The notes under the pieces: model-generated
What the model was told of the DNA's origin: nothing
The model's database searches: none
What the model saw: only the letters and a program-made list of their open reading frames with translations
NCBI GenBank assembly: GCA_019423795.1
Contig: JAHZAT010000024.1
Span: 336-64,335, forward strand
Length of the DNA: 64,000 nt
Source: Clostridiales bacterium
GTDB lineage: Bacteria; Bacillota; Clostridia; Lachnospirales; Lachnospiraceae
Direction of reading: 5' to 3'
Made by a program: the position numbers and the translations under genes
Part shown: piece by piece, positions 20,676 to 31,337 of the stretch
Layout of the letters: each line of letters opens with the position of its first letter
Numbering within the stretch: the stretch's first letter is position 1

Positions 20676-21683
20676 TTATTTTTGCATAAAAAATTTAGGA
20701 ATAAAAATCTCTGTATATTGCTCAATCGCAAAATGATCTGTCATCCCTGCAATATAGTCACAAACCGCCTGTTCTTTATCTTCTTCTGAATTGATCATCT
20801 TCTGATTATACACTGGAAGTTCCTCTATATGATAAAGATAATGCTCATATAATGGTTCAATAATGTTCTTTATCTTTTCTTCCTCTTTCTTTGTATTTGG
20901 CTCCTCATAAACTCTCTGGAACATAAAACTTCGAAGACCTGTCATTGCATCCCTTATCTTCTGAGACATAACAATATCATTGATACCACTACTATGTTTT
21001 ACAATATCAAGCACCATCGTATTAATTCTCTCACGATAGGTCGTTCCAAGCACATTTGTATATTCCTTTGGAAGATCTTCTTCCTTTAAAACTTTGGCAC
21101 GTACAGAGTCATCAATATCATGATTGATATATGCAATTTTATCTGCCAAACGGACAATTTTACCTTCCAGAGTATGCGGCATGCTTTTCATTGAATGATT
21201 TTTCATACCGTCTAATACCTCCCATGTAAGATTCAACCCATCACCATTCTTCTCAAGATACTGAGCAACTCTCACACTTTGCTGATTATGTTTAAATCCT
21301 TTGGGATTCATCTCATTTAATACACGTTCTCCTGCATGACCAAATGGCGTGTGTCCAAGATCATGTCCAAGTGCAATTGCTTCTGTTAATGTCTCATTAA
21401 GATTCAAAGCTCTCGCGATCGTTCTGGCATTCTGTGACACTTCAAGTGTATGCATAAGTCTCGTTCTATAATGATCTCCTACTGGAGATAAAAACACCTG
21501 TGTTTTATCTTTTAAACGACGAAAAGCTTTACAATGCAAGATTCGATCCCTGTCTCTTTGGAAACAGGTACGTATCTCACATTCTTCTTCCGGCTTTCTT
21601 CTTCCTTTTGTATCAATACTTCGTGTTGCATATGGGCTTAACAGACTTAATTCCGTCTGTTCCTGTTTTTCTCTGATATTCAT
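20676..21683 (-). CDS. dgt: Deoxyguanosinetriphosphate triphosphohydrolase (HD domain)
   Basis: FQRDRDRI, FRRLKDKTQV, RLMHTLEV, GHDLGHTPFGHAGE, DYIAGMTD. Confidence 0.94.
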   Translation of the reverse strand: MNIREKQEQTELSLLSPYATRSIDTKGRRKPEEECEIRTCFQRDRDRILHCKAFRRLKDKTQVFLSPVGDHYRTRLMHTLEVSQNARTIARALNLNETLTEAIALGHDLGHTPFGHAGERVLNEMNPKGFKHNQQSVRVAQYLEKNGDGLNLTWEVLDGMKNHSMKSMPHTLEGKIVRLADKIAYINHDIDDSVRAKVLKEEDLPKEYTNVLGTTYRERINTMVLDIVKHSSGINDIVMSQKIRDAMTGLRSFMFQRVYEEPNTKKEEEKIKNIIEPLYEHYLYHIEELPVYNQKMINSEEDKEQAVCDYIAGMTDHFAIEQYTEIFIPKFFMQK

Positions 21684-21718
21684 AAGATCATCCTCCCTTC
21701 TGTCAACACCAAGGATTT

Positions 21719-22489
21719 TTATGACTGTTTAATATCTGCTTCCATAACAGAAAGTGCATCGAGAGAAATCTTCATAATATCCTTTACCTCTTCCTCTGTC
21801 ATAGAAAGATATTTTGCTAATTCTTCGATCTTTGGCTCTCTTCCAAGTTCTTTTGATAGAAATGTTGAAGCATCATCTAAGCGATTTGCCTTGATTGCCA
21901 TTGCCTCTCCAACACTGTCAGAACCTCTCTGCATTGCAATTGCATCAAGAATAGAATCTTCTACTGCACTTTTGGCATGTGCAAGAAATCCTTCTGCATC
22001 TCCATCTTGATAGATTGCCATTGCTTCTAATAGACCAATGTTACCTTCCTGTACAAGATCTCCAAATAAGACACCTTTTCCCATATGATTCCTTGCAATT
22101 TCAAGAATCTGCGGAAGAAAGCTTTCAATCACTGCTTCTCCATCTTCTTTGTCAGCAAGCCATGATGTGATCAGCTCTTTCTGCTCTTCTTCCCCCGGAA
22201 GATCCATCTGGCTTAATTCTTCTTCATAAAAACGGATCGCACCCTGTTCTTCTTCGGACACATTAGCTTTCGCCTCCGCCTCTTCTTCAGCAACAATCTG
22301 TGCTTCATCTACTCCAAGCACACGAATTCCCGCTTCTATAAAGCTTGCGATCAAAAGTTTCTTTGCTTCTTCATTCAAATTATAATCACTAAAATAATCT
22401 AATAACTCTTTGTGGTCAATCTGATTCCCATTTGTCTTTGCAATGGCGATCATCTCTTCCATATTCTTTAGAAATAAATTCTTATCCAT
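21719..22489 (-). CDS. Degenerate sigma-70 domain protein (region 1.1-like, part of 2, and 3; no region 4)
   Basis: GVLFGDLVQEGNIGLLEA (region 2.2) and ELGREPKIEELAKYL (region 3); the protein ends shortly after region 3. Confidence 0.75.
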   Translation of the reverse strand: MDKNLFLKNMEEMIAIAKTNGNQIDHKELLDYFSDYNLNEEAKKLLIASFIEAGIRVLGVDEAQIVAEEEAEAKANVSEEEQGAIRFYEEELSQMDLPGEEEQKELITSWLADKEDGEAVIESFLPQILEIARNHMGKGVLFGDLVQEGNIGLLEAMAIYQDGDAEGFLAHAKSAVEDSILDAIAMQRGSDSVGEAMAIKANRLDDASTFLSKELGREPKIEELAKYLSMTEEEVKDIMKISLDALSVMEADIKQS

Positions 22490-22503
22490 GTTTTACAAAC
22501 TCC

Positions 22504-23331
22504 TTATTTGATGAATGCAAAATACACGATCACTAGCAGACCGAGTATAATTCGGTATACACCAAATGCCTTAAAGTCATTCTTCTTAATATATCCAAGT
22601 AAAAACTTGATCGCTACGATAGATACAAGGAAGGATACTACCATTCCAACGATCAGTACGATCAATTGTGTTGTTGTAAATGCAAGACCAAATTTCACGA
22701 TCTTTAATAAACTTGCTCCAAACATTACTGGAATTCCTAAGAAAAATGAGAATTCGGCAGCAACCGTTCTGGAACACCCGAGTAAGATTCCTCCAAGGAT
22801 CGTTGCTCCTGATCTCGATGTACCTGGAATTAATGCTAATACCTGAAACACACCAATTCCCAATGCCATTCCATAAGATAATCTTGTAAGATCATTCATT
22901 GGTCTTCTTCTGATTCGTTTGTTGCGGTTTTCAATTATGATAAATAATATACCATAAATGATCAGCATTGCTGCAACTACTGGAGGATTATAAAAATGTG
23001 CATTCAACCAGTCGTCAAATAAAATGCCGATAATTGCTGCTGGAAATACCGCAAGAATTACCTTTGTCCATAAAACAATAGTATCCATCTTTTCCCTATG
23101 GTTTTTCTTTGGTGAAAATGGATTTAACTTATGAAAATATAAAACAACAACTGCCATGATCGCACCTAACTGAATCACAACGTCAAACATTTCCTTAAAG
23201 GCACCTGTCATATTTAATTTAATAAATTCATCTGCCAAGATCAGATGTCCTGTACTACTGATCGGCAGCCATTCCGTAATTCCCTCGACAATTCCAAGTA
23301 ATACGGTTTTCAGTAATAAAATAATGTCCAT
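22504..23331 (-). CDS. uppP: Undecaprenyl-diphosphate phosphatase
   Basis: [27 protein letters not shown]. Confidence 0.96.
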   Translation of the reverse strand: MDIILLLKTVLLGIVEGITEWLPISSTGHLILADEFIKLNMTGAFKEMFDVVIQLGAIMAVVVLYFHKLNPFSPKKNHREKMDTIVLWTKVILAVFPAAIIGILFDDWLNAHFYNPPVVAAMLIIYGILFIIIENRNKRIRRRPMNDLTRLSYGMALGIGVFQVLALIPGTSRSGATILGGILLGCSRTVAAEFSFFLGIPVMFGASLLKIVKFGLAFTTTQLIVLIVGMVVSFLVSIVAIKFLLGYIKKNDFKAFGVYRIILGLLVIVYFAFIK

Positions 23332-23356
23332 AAAAACTCCTTGTCTGTACAAAGAA

Positions 23357-23382
23357 GGGTGTTTAGGAATCCCTAAGCACCC
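23357..23382 (-). terminator. Hairpin/terminator after rpoZ
   Basis: GGGTGTTTAGG..CCTAAGCACCC. Confidence 0.6.
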
Positions 23383-23404
23383 TGTTTTGTTTTCCTTGTT
23401 ATTT

Positions 23405-23647
23405 CTATTCTTCTACTTCTTCATCGTCTCCAAGAATCTTTACTTTTTCTTCCCAAAGCTCTTCAACTGCTGTAGATAATGGTTTTGCACCATCTTTTTC
23501 TTCTACTAATGGCATATCTCCTGCAATGATCTGTCTTGCTCTCTTAGCACTTGCAAGTACAATAGAGTAACGGCTTGAGATAACTTTTTCTTCCTCACTG
23601 TCACCATTGATAACTTTCATTAATTCTGTATATGATGGATGTAACAT
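23405..23647 (-). CDS. rpoZ: RNA polymerase omega subunit
   Basis: [25 protein letters not shown]. Confidence 0.95.
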   Translation of the reverse strand: MLHPSYTELMKVINGDSEEEKVISSRYSIVLASAKRARQIIAGDMPLVEEKDGAKPLSTAVEELWEEKVKILGDDEEVEE

Positions 23648-23658
23648 AATAATTCCTC

Positions 23659-24276
23659 CTATAGTTGTTCTAATTCTTTTTTAGTTTCTTCTATAAATTT
23701 AAGGTTATTTCCAAGCAGGCAGTCTTTTGCCTGTACAATGGCATGAATTCGATCTGCACAATCTTCTACCTGATCGTTGATCACAATATAATCGTATTTA
23801 TCCATATCCTCAGATTCTTCTTTGGCACGATTAATACGTTTGTTGATCACTTCTTCCGATTCAGTTCCTCTTCCTACCAGGCGTTCCTTGATTGCTGCAG
23901 CGCTTGGTGCCGTAATGAAGATCAATAATGCATCTTCATATTGTTTCTTAATATTAAACGCACCCTGCACTTCAATTTCCAAGATCACATTATGTCCTGC
24001 TGCAAGTTCTTCTTCTACAAACTTTCTTGGCGTTCCATAATAATTGTCCACATATCTGGCATACTCAATAAATCCATTATAGTCGATCAGATTTTTAAAA
24101 TCATCTACCGTCTTAAAAAAATACTCCCTTCCGTCAACTTCACCTTCTCTCGGCTTTCTCGTTGTTGCGGAAATTGATAAACTATATCCATATTTTTCTA
24201 CCAGTTTCTTTGCTACTGTTCCTTTTCCAACACCAGAAAATCCAGACAGTACCAGTAATGAACCTCTCTTTTCCAT
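23659..24276 (-). CDS. gmk: Guanylate kinase
   Basis: GFSGVGKGT, SATTRKPREGEVDGREYFF, YYGTP. Confidence 0.97.
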   Translation of the reverse strand: MEKRGSLLVLSGFSGVGKGTVAKKLVEKYGYSLSISATTRKPREGEVDGREYFFKTVDDFKNLIDYNGFIEYARYVDNYYGTPRKFVEEELAAGHNVILEIEVQGAFNIKKQYEDALLIFITAPSAAAIKERLVGRGTESEEVINKRINRAKEESEDMDKYDYIVINDQVEDCADRIHAIVQAKDCLLGNNLKFIEETKKELEQL

Positions 24277-24294
24277 GATCTTTCCCTTCTTATC

Positions 24295-25176
24295 TTACTC
24301 TATGTTCTGAATCTGTTCTCTTACTTTCTCAACATTTGTCTTCAGTTCAATTGCATGATCTGCAAGATCAACATCACTTGACTTTGATAAGATCGTATTC
24401 GCTTCTCTGTTCATCTCCTGTGCCATGAAATCAAGCTTTCTTCCAATACTTTCATCACTTTCCAGCACATCTGTCATAGAACTGATATGACTTTGAAGTC
24501 TTACAATCTCTTCATCAACAGCAATCTTATCTGCATATAATGTAACTTCTGCCGCAATCCTGTTTTCTTCAATTGCTGAGTCTTCTAAAAATTCTTTCAC
24601 TTTCTCTTCTAATTTTGCTCTGTATTCAGCAATGATCTGTGGAGAACGTCTCTCAATAAATGCCACATCTGCTGCCATCTGATCTAGTTTTCCAAGCAGA
24701 TCTTTCTTAAGATTTGCTCCTTCGATCGTTCTTGTCTCTACAAATTTCTCGGCAGCCTGTCTTAATGCAGCTTCTAACAGCTCCCACCATACTTCTTCAT
24801 CTTGCTGCACTTCTTCAAGTGTTATAACTTCTGGATACTTAGCAAGTGCTTCCGCAGTGATCTTTGTCTCAATACCAAAATCTTCCTGCATCTTCTTAAA
24901 TACCTGCATATATTCTGCTGCCATTGCCTGATTATAATGAAGGCTTACTGCTGTCTCTGAAAGATCTTCATATGATACATAAATGTCAATCTTTCCACGA
25001 CTCGCATATTCTTTCATGATATTACGGATATTTGCCTCAAACATGGCTAATTTCTTGGGAAGTTTTAATGAAATATCACAATATCTGTGGTTGACGGATT
25101 TCATCTCCACTGTGACTTTCTGATTCTTGTCATTGGACACTTCCCCATGTCCAAATCCTGTCATGCTTCTGATCAT
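24295..25176 (-). CDS. yicC: YicC/YloC family endoribonuclease
   Basis: MIRSMTGFG, KSVNHRY, GRKLDFMAQEMNREANTI, REQIQNIE. Confidence 0.95.
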   Translation of the reverse strand: MIRSMTGFGHGEVSNDKNQKVTVEMKSVNHRYCDISLKLPKKLAMFEANIRNIMKEYASRGKIDIYVSYEDLSETAVSLHYNQAMAAEYMQVFKKMQEDFGIETKITAEALAKYPEVITLEEVQQDEEVWWELLEAALRQAAEKFVETRTIEGANLKKDLLGKLDQMAADVAFIERRSPQIIAEYRAKLEEKVKEFLEDSAIEENRIAAEVTLYADKIAVDEEIVRLQSHISSMTDVLESDESIGRKLDFMAQEMNREANTILSKSSDVDLADHAIELKTNVEKVREQIQNIE

Positions 25177-25263
25177 AAAATCTATCCTTTTCTACTCTGT
25201 GGCCAACATCCACAGGTTTTCTTTTTCGTCAATGTTATATTATACGCAAAATTTAGCTTTTCG

Positions 25264-25827
25264 TCAATCTTTTCGACACGAATCTTGCTGATCTTTTTGT
25301 TTCAGAACTTTCTGCAGACATTCCAGATAATGAAGGATCATTCCCTGCTTTAATGGAACAAAAAATCCAATATCTAATTCTTCATATTTAAAATGCTTGA
25401 CTCCGCCCTCTTTTGCACGATTCCAGTATTTCATCATCTCCTGAAATGACATATAATAACAGACATGTCTTGATGTAAAATAGATCAATAAAAAACTAAT
25501 GCCGCCCTGCTCTTCGTACTGCCGCATAAACTCTACCTGATGTTCATGAATGTTCTGAAGTGGAAATACGTCTTTTGCACATTCCTTTGCATCAAAACAG
25601 ATAGGGATCCCCTGCACAACTCCTATGTAATCGACTGTACTTTTCTGATCAAAATAAGCAAGTGTGATATGACGTTTTGTTTTATCGAACCTTACTGGTT
25701 TGATCGATGTCGGTATTTTTTGCACTAGCGCAAGTTTTTGCTGGCGGTATTTTTCATTTGTATAATTGATCAATTCTTCCAGTACAGAGCCTCTAAGACC
25801 TTTTACATTCCATTTATCTTCCGCCAT
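25264..25827 (-). CDS. recU: Holliday junction resolvase RecU
   Basis: RGSVLEELIN, QKIPT, STVDYIG, FDAKE, HEHQ. Confidence 0.92.
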   Translation of the reverse strand: MAEDKWNVKGLRGSVLEELINYTNEKYRQQKLALVQKIPTSIKPVRFDKTKRHITLAYFDQKSTVDYIGVVQGIPICFDAKECAKDVFPLQNIHEHQVEFMRQYEEQGGISFLLIYFTSRHVCYYMSFQEMMKYWNRAKEGGVKHFKYEELDIGFFVPLKQGMILHYLECLQKVLKQKDQQDSCRKD

Positions 25828-26801
25828 TATAAATCTCTCCCAAATAATTCCTGTTTGATCGTTTCAAATCTTTTTGGAAGCGGTGCCTGAATTCTCTTTC
25901 CTGAAAGATTACTACATGTTTTCATATGTTTCGGGAACACGATTTCCTGACAATGAAGTAACTGGTCTTTTAATCCAAATCTTTGCTTCATCTGCTGATT
26001 GATCTTTCTATCTCCGTATTTGAAATCACCGATCAGTGGATGTCCGATACTTGCAAGGTGGGCACGAATCTGATGTGTCTTTCCTGTGATAAGTTTTACC
26101 TTTAATAGTGTAAATTCATCATTTGAGATTATAGGTTCATAAGCCGTTTCAATATGATTTCCGCCGAAAATTTCTTGCTTTGAAACTGTTACTTTGTTTG
26201 TTTTCTCATCTTTTCTTAAATATGCACTAACTTTCTGTGGTTTGTTAAGTTTCCCTTTCACAATACAAAGATAATACTTCTCCATATCTCGATTCTTTAA
26301 CATCTCTGCCATTGTCTGCAGTCCTTCCATTGAAATTCCACAGATGATGATGCCTGTTGTATTACGATCAAGACGATTACAAATGGACGGTTTGACTACT
26401 TGTAATTCTTTTTCACTGATCAATCCTTGATTCACTGCATATGGGATGATCTGATCGTTAATCGATATATCTTCTGATTTTGATTTCTGGGATAAGATTC
26501 CCCATGGTTTATTTACCATAATAACATTGTCATCTTCGTACAAAATATCAAGTTTCAGTTTTTGTTTTCCAGCCCTTACTTCTTCCCTAAATTTACTGAT
26601 TGTATCTTCTGCAAGATAGATGCAGACCTGATCTCCTTTAGATAATTTTTCATTTCCAGTTGCCTTTTTTCCATTTAATTTGATATTTTTTTTTCGAAGC
26701 ATTTTATACAAAAAACTTTTCGGTGCTTTATTTAAATATTTCGAGAGGATCTTGTCAAGTCTTTGTCCTTCCTCTCTTGCTGTTATGTTTAATTCTCTCA
26801 T
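25827..26801 (-). CDS. RluA/RluC family pseudouridine synthase
   Basis: S4 domain, NRLDRNTTG, TGKTHQIRAH. Confidence 0.94.
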   Translation of the reverse strand: MRELNITAREEGQRLDKILSKYLNKAPKSFLYKMLRKKNIKLNGKKATGNEKLSKGDQVCIYLAEDTISKFREEVRAGKQKLKLDILYEDDNVIMVNKPWGILSQKSKSEDISINDQIIPYAVNQGLISEKELQVVKPSICNRLDRNTTGIIICGISMEGLQTMAEMLKNRDMEKYYLCIVKGKLNKPQKVSAYLRKDEKTNKVTVSKQEIFGGNHIETAYEPIISNDEFTLLKVKLITGKTHQIRAHLASIGHPLIGDFKYGDRKINQQMKQRFGLKDQLLHCQEIVFPKHMKTCSNLSGKRIQAPLPKRFETIKQELFGRDL

Positions 26802-26812
26802 TTTTTATCCTT

Positions 26813-27571
26813 CTAACCCATGATTTTGGCAATCCATTTTCCGGGTAAGATCTTACAGATGATCCTTGTTGTTTTCATTGTAAATCCATAGACAGATACT
26901 GCTTTATTCTTCCTTGCATCACGGATTGCTTTACTTACAACCCTCTTTGGGTCTGCCATAGCAAATTTCTTATAAAACTTCATCTCTTCCTGCTCATATG
27001 CACGATCAAAGAATTCCGTCTTCACTGGTCCAGGACATACCGCTATGACTTTAACTTCCTGTCCTGATAGCTCCTGTCTAAGAGCAATAGAAAAACTTTT
27101 TGCATATGCTTTTGTTGCTGCGTAAACTGTGAAATCAGGCTGTGGTGCAAATCCTGCAGAAGATGCCATCTGATAAATAAAAGATCCTCTGCTTACATAT
27201 GGAAGTACCAAGTAGGTAACTCTTGTCAATGCTTCACAATTTAAACGAATCATTCCTGCTGCATCTTCTTCTGTCTGATGCTCAAAAGAACCAGAAATTC
27301 CAAATCCTGAAGCATTTACTAAAATTCTTACAGTAGGACGTTCTTTTGCAAGAACCTTTCTAAGACGTTCAAAACTTTCTTCTTTCATAAGATCTAATGG
27401 AAGAATCCTAACTCTTGTTCCAATAATCTCTTTTTTTAGTTCTCTTAGTTTGTCTTTTCTTCTTGCGATCACCCAGATTTCATCGAGTCCCTTATATTTC
27501 TTTGCGATCTGTCTAACAAATTCTTTCCCTATTCCTGAGGATGCTCCAGTTACCAGTGCAATATCTCTCAT
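26813..27571 (-). CDS. SDR family oxidoreductase
   Basis: TGASSGIG, YAATK. Confidence 0.93.
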   Translation of the reverse strand: MRDIALVTGASSGIGKEFVRQIAKKYKGLDEIWVIARRKDKLRELKKEIIGTRVRILPLDLMKEESFERLRKVLAKERPTVRILVNASGFGISGSFEHQTEEDAAGMIRLNCEALTRVTYLVLPYVSRGSFIYQMASSAGFAPQPDFTVYAATKAYAKSFSIALRQELSGQEVKVIAVCPGPVKTEFFDRAYEQEEMKFYKKFAMADPKRVVSKAIRDARKNKAVSVYGFTMKTTRIICKILPGKWIAKIMG

Positions 27572-27597
27572 ATGATCACCCTTTCTCTTGACCTTTG

Positions 27598-28269
27598 TTA
27601 TTTCTTTAATGTCTCATAGGTTCCATTTAATATGTCATAATATGTATCAATATAGTAATCTGCTATCTCTCGCTTTTCTTTGACCGCACGTTCAGAATAT
27701 GAATCTTTTACCGCACAGACTTCCATCCCCGCACGTTTCCCGGCAAGCAGTCCATATGGAATATCTTCAAATACCAATGCATGTTCTGGCTTGGTATCGA
27801 TCATCTTCGCCGCATGAAGATACACATCTGGTTCTGGTTTTCCTCTTGGAACTTCATCAGATGTACAAATATAATCAAACGCATCCAGAATGCCATTTGC
27901 TCTTAAACAGTCTTTCGCTAATTTTCTGGAATTACTTGTTGCAATCGCAAGCTTCATATCTCGTTCTTTTAATAACGAAATAAAATCTTGGACTCCATCT
28001 TTTAATGGAATTTCATTCACATAGATTTCAGAAGCCATATGATTCCATGTCTCCATAATCTCTTCAATCGTAAGAGGCAGTTCAAATCGCTTCTTAAAAT
28101 ATACTGCTGTCTCATGGAAACTGTAACCTTCCAACTCATCATTTAAACCTTCCGGCACCTGTAACCCATACTTTCCAAGAAAACGGATATCGATCTCTCT
28201 CCAGATCCACATGGAATCTACTAATGTTCCATCCAGATCAAAGATCACTGCCTTTTTATTTTCTAACAT
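27598..28269 (-). CDS. HAD family phosphatase
   Basis: FDLDGTLVDS, KPEPD, FED. Confidence 0.92.
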   Translation of the reverse strand: MLENKKAVIFDLDGTLVDSMWIWREIDIRFLGKYGLQVPEGLNDELEGYSFHETAVYFKKRFELPLTIEEIMETWNHMASEIYVNEIPLKDGVQDFISLLKERDMKLAIATSNSRKLAKDCLRANGILDAFDYICTSDEVPRGKPEPDVYLHAAKMIDTKPEHALVFEDIPYGLLAGKRAGMEVCAVKDSYSERAVKEKREIADYYIDTYYDILNGTYETLKK

Positions 28270-28993
28270 TTGTATGCTCCTTTAGTTCTTGTAACTCTGT
28301 CTCGCTTAATCTTCTGTACATTCCAAGTTCTAATTTTTCATCTAACTTTAAAGATCCCATAGATAATCTCTTTAGGTATAAAACTTCACTTCCAACCGCT
28401 TTTACCATACGTTTTACCTGATGAAACTTTCCTTCTGTGATCGTGATCAAAACTTCTGACTGATCTTCTCCTGCTGTCAGTATCTCAAGATCTGCTTCCT
28501 TTGATTTCTCTCCATTGCCAATATCCAAACCTTCCTGAAATTTTTTAACTTCTTCGTCTGTAAAGCTTCCAGATACTTTTGCAAAATATACCTTATCTAC
28601 ATGTTTCTTTGGAGAAAGCAGCTCGTGTGCAAGCATCCCATCATCAGTGAGAATTAGTAATCCTTCGGTATCCTTATCGAGTCTGCCAACTGGAAACAGC
28701 TTATCTTTAAAGTTTTCATGGATCAGATCAAGCACTGTCTTATCATGATCGTCCTTTGTCGCAGAGACAACACCTTGCGGTTTATGAAGCATCAGATAAT
28801 GAAACTGTTCAAATATAACCGGCTGATGTTCTAATTCCACTTGATCATCCTCTGCATCCAGTTTACTTTCTGGTTTCTTCACTATTTCCCCATTGATCGT
28901 AACTTTTCCTTTTTTGATCGCTTCTTTTGCTTCTTTTCTTGTGATATTTAAACTGTCACATAAAAATTTGTCTAACCTGGTTTTCTTTGCCAT
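28256..28993 (-). CDS. RsuA-family pseudouridine synthase
   Basis: RLDKFL S4 domain, GRLDKDTEG, EGKFHQVKRM; start moved to MAKKTR. Confidence 0.93.
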   Translation of the reverse strand: MAKKTRLDKFLCDSLNITRKEAKEAIKKGKVTINGEIVKKPESKLDAEDDQVELEHQPVIFEQFHYLMLHKPQGVVSATKDDHDKTVLDLIHENFKDKLFPVGRLDKDTEGLLILTDDGMLAHELLSPKKHVDKVYFAKVSGSFTDEEVKKFQEGLDIGNGEKSKEADLEILTAGEDQSEVLITITEGKFHQVKRMVKAVGSEVLYLKRLSMGSLKLDEKLELGMYRRLSETELQELKEHTNVRK

Positions 28994-30354
28994 TATAACC
29001 ATCTCCAGCTGGAAGAATATTTGTTCTTCAGTCGTCCTTTTTTGATCTTTGCCCATCCTAATGGGAATTCATTTGTCCCTATCAGATGGATTCCTTCGGT
29101 TGCTGTATCAACATCTAATGTCTCGCATTTTAAATATTTTATGGTATTCTCATCGTTGATATCAAAAGAAAGATATGGCTTATATTCATCTGCTGAAAGT
29201 GCCACCGCAAATGACTGACTTGGCTCAAATCGACCTTTCTTCATCTCTCCTAGGTAGAGACCCTTTCTTAGAACTCTGACCTTTTTCATCTCTGGAATAT
29301 CTTCTTTTAAATAAAATAACTTGCCTTGATGCTCCCTGACATGACTCCAGTCGATATCCATCTTACAGTTTTTAAAGAATTCTTCTGTCTCAGGAGTAAG
29401 TTTTACTTTCTTGATCTTCTCATATTTGAATGTTGGCTGTGGTCCATCTTCTTTCTTTAATAATGCAAGGAAATGACCTTCTCCTTTGATCTTATGAGGC
29501 CATAATCGGATACACTGCTTGATATCTTCTCTTCCTGTCAATGTCCATTCCGGATGTCCGTGATCAAAACCTTCACACATCTTCATTGGGACTAAAGAAA
29601 GATCATCATTCTTCTCTAAAAGGTATTCTATGACCTGTTCATTCTCTTCTGGAGAAAATGTACAGGTAGAATATAACAGCATACCACCTGGAGCTAACAG
29701 CTTGATCGCATCATCAACGATCTCTCGCTGTAACTTCGCATATGGTTCACTTCCTTTCTGCTGCCAGTTCTTGATCTCATTATTTCCTTTTCGAAACATT
29801 CCTTCCCCAGAACATGGGGCATCAATTAAAATCTTATTAAAAAAACCTGTCATTGATGGTACTAAATATTTGGCTTCGGTACAAAGGATCATATCATTTC
29901 TGATCCCGAACATCTCAATATTACGAATCAATGCTTTCGTTCTTGATATACTGACATCATTAGATACTAAAAGTCCTTCTCCATTTAACTTTGCTCCAAG
30001 TTCTGTTGATTTTCCACCTGGTGCTCCACACAGATCAAGTACGCGATCTCCCGGCTCTACTGGTAAGTAGGAAGCTGGTGTCATCGCACTTGGCTCCTGA
30101 ATATAATAAAGTCCTGCATGATAATATGGGTGTTTGGATGGTTTTTCTTCTCTGTCTACATAAAATCCATTGTCTGTCCAAGGTACTTTTGTCACTTTGA
30201 ATGGACAGATCTTTAAAAAATCCTCCACAGAAATCTTTAATGTATTCACTCTGATTCCATAGTATGCAGGATCATCTAAATGCTTCTCATACTCTTCAAA
30301 GTCCTCACCTAAGAGGCGTCTCATCTTCTCTTCAAATAATTCTGGTAATTTCAT
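28993..30354 (-). CDS. RsmF/RsmB (NOL1/NOP2) rRNA m5C methyltransferase
   Basis: YYIQEPSAM, DLCGAPGGKS, DAPCSGEG, YSTCT; start moved to MKLPEL. Confidence 0.93.
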   Translation of the reverse strand: MKLPELFEEKMRRLLGEDFEEYEKHLDDPAYYGIRVNTLKISVEDFLKICPFKVTKVPWTDNGFYVDREEKPSKHPYYHAGLYYIQEPSAMTPASYLPVEPGDRVLDLCGAPGGKSTELGAKLNGEGLLVSNDVSISRTKALIRNIEMFGIRNDMILCTEAKYLVPSMTGFFNKILIDAPCSGEGMFRKGNNEIKNWQQKGSEPYAKLQREIVDDAIKLLAPGGMLLYSTCTFSPEENEQVIEYLLEKNDDLSLVPMKMCEGFDHGHPEWTLTGREDIKQCIRLWPHKIKGEGHFLALLKKEDGPQPTFKYEKIKKVKLTPETEEFFKNCKMDIDWSHVREHQGKLFYLKEDIPEMKKVRVLRKGLYLGEMKKGRFEPSQSFAVALSADEYKPYLSFDINDENTIKYLKCETLDVDTATEGIHLIGTNEFPLGWAKIKKGRLKNKYSSSWRWL

Positions 30355-30361
30355 ATCTCTC

Positions 30362-31165
30362 CTAAGAAATGCTTTGAGCACGATATCCTTCTGCAATGAT
30401 ATCTAACTGCTTATTAAAATGCTCTAAGCGTTCCATATCTCCTGTCTCGTATATTTTATAAAATTCATCCTGAATCTTTAAAACTTCATGACGATTTGCA
30501 ACTTTATATAAATTCTGCATCGTATGAAGAATCTCTGATACAAGATTTGATTTCTTACGGAACGAATTCTGTGCGTCCATGATCTCGTCACGAACCGTTG
30601 ACATCTCATGATCTAAGACATCAATCGCATCTGCTGCCACAAGAAGCTTATCAGTTACGTGTTTTGGAATATCTCCTTTATATTTATACTGTAATGAATG
30701 TTCTACCGTTGCCCAGAAATTCATCGCAAGTGTCCTGATCTGAATCTCTGCCTGAATTCGTTTCTTCCCATAAATTGTATTCACTTCATAATAAATGATC
30801 ACATGATAGCTTCGATATCCACTGTCTTTGGAATGTGAAATATAATCTTTGTGGCTCTTGATCTCCATATCGGAACGGCTCTCTATGATCTCCAAAACCT
30901 TATCAATGTCTTCCACAAACTGGCAGATCAGTCGAACTCCTGCAATATCTTCTAATTCCTTCTCCACATCATTGACATTAATCTTCTTTCTCTGCATCTT
31001 ATCTAAGATACTTGAAATTGATTTTACACGTCCGTCAACCTGCTCGATCGGTGAATATCTTCCGACGTTCCTGTATTCTCTTATAATATGCCGAAACTTT
31101 AACACAAGTTCATCTACTGCCAGCTCATATGGGGTGAGCATTTCTCTCCATAACTGTAATTCCAT
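30362..31165 (-). CDS. Small alarmone synthetase (RelP/RelQ-like GTP pyrophosphokinase)
   Basis: GRVKSISSI, DIAGVR, SGYRSYH, EIQIRTLAMNFWATVEH. Confidence 0.92.
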   Translation of the reverse strand: MELQLWREMLTPYELAVDELVLKFRHIIREYRNVGRYSPIEQVDGRVKSISSILDKMQRKKINVNDVEKELEDIAGVRLICQFVEDIDKVLEIIESRSDMEIKSHKDYISHSKDSGYRSYHVIIYYEVNTIYGKKRIQAEIQIRTLAMNFWATVEHSLQYKYKGDIPKHVTDKLLVAADAIDVLDHEMSTVRDEIMDAQNSFRKKSNLVSEILHTMQNLYKVANRHEVLKIQDEFYKIYETGDMERLEHFNKQLDIIAEGYRAQSIS

Positions 31166-31337
31166 TAATTCGATTCCCTCCTGTACTTATCCACTCATTA
31201 TACCATATTTTAACTTCAAAAAGAATCCTGCATTGCAGGATTCCTGCTATTATATTTACATAAAAAAATAGTCAACTCTTATTTTTCTATGTAAGCTGAC
31301 TATTTTTATTCTCTTTCGTATCTTGTTGGTTATCCAC

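Noticed and set aside
23659..25176. No remA (DUF370) between yicC and gmk
   Set aside because: Simple lineage-specific loss is a sufficient explanation, and no scar is visible.
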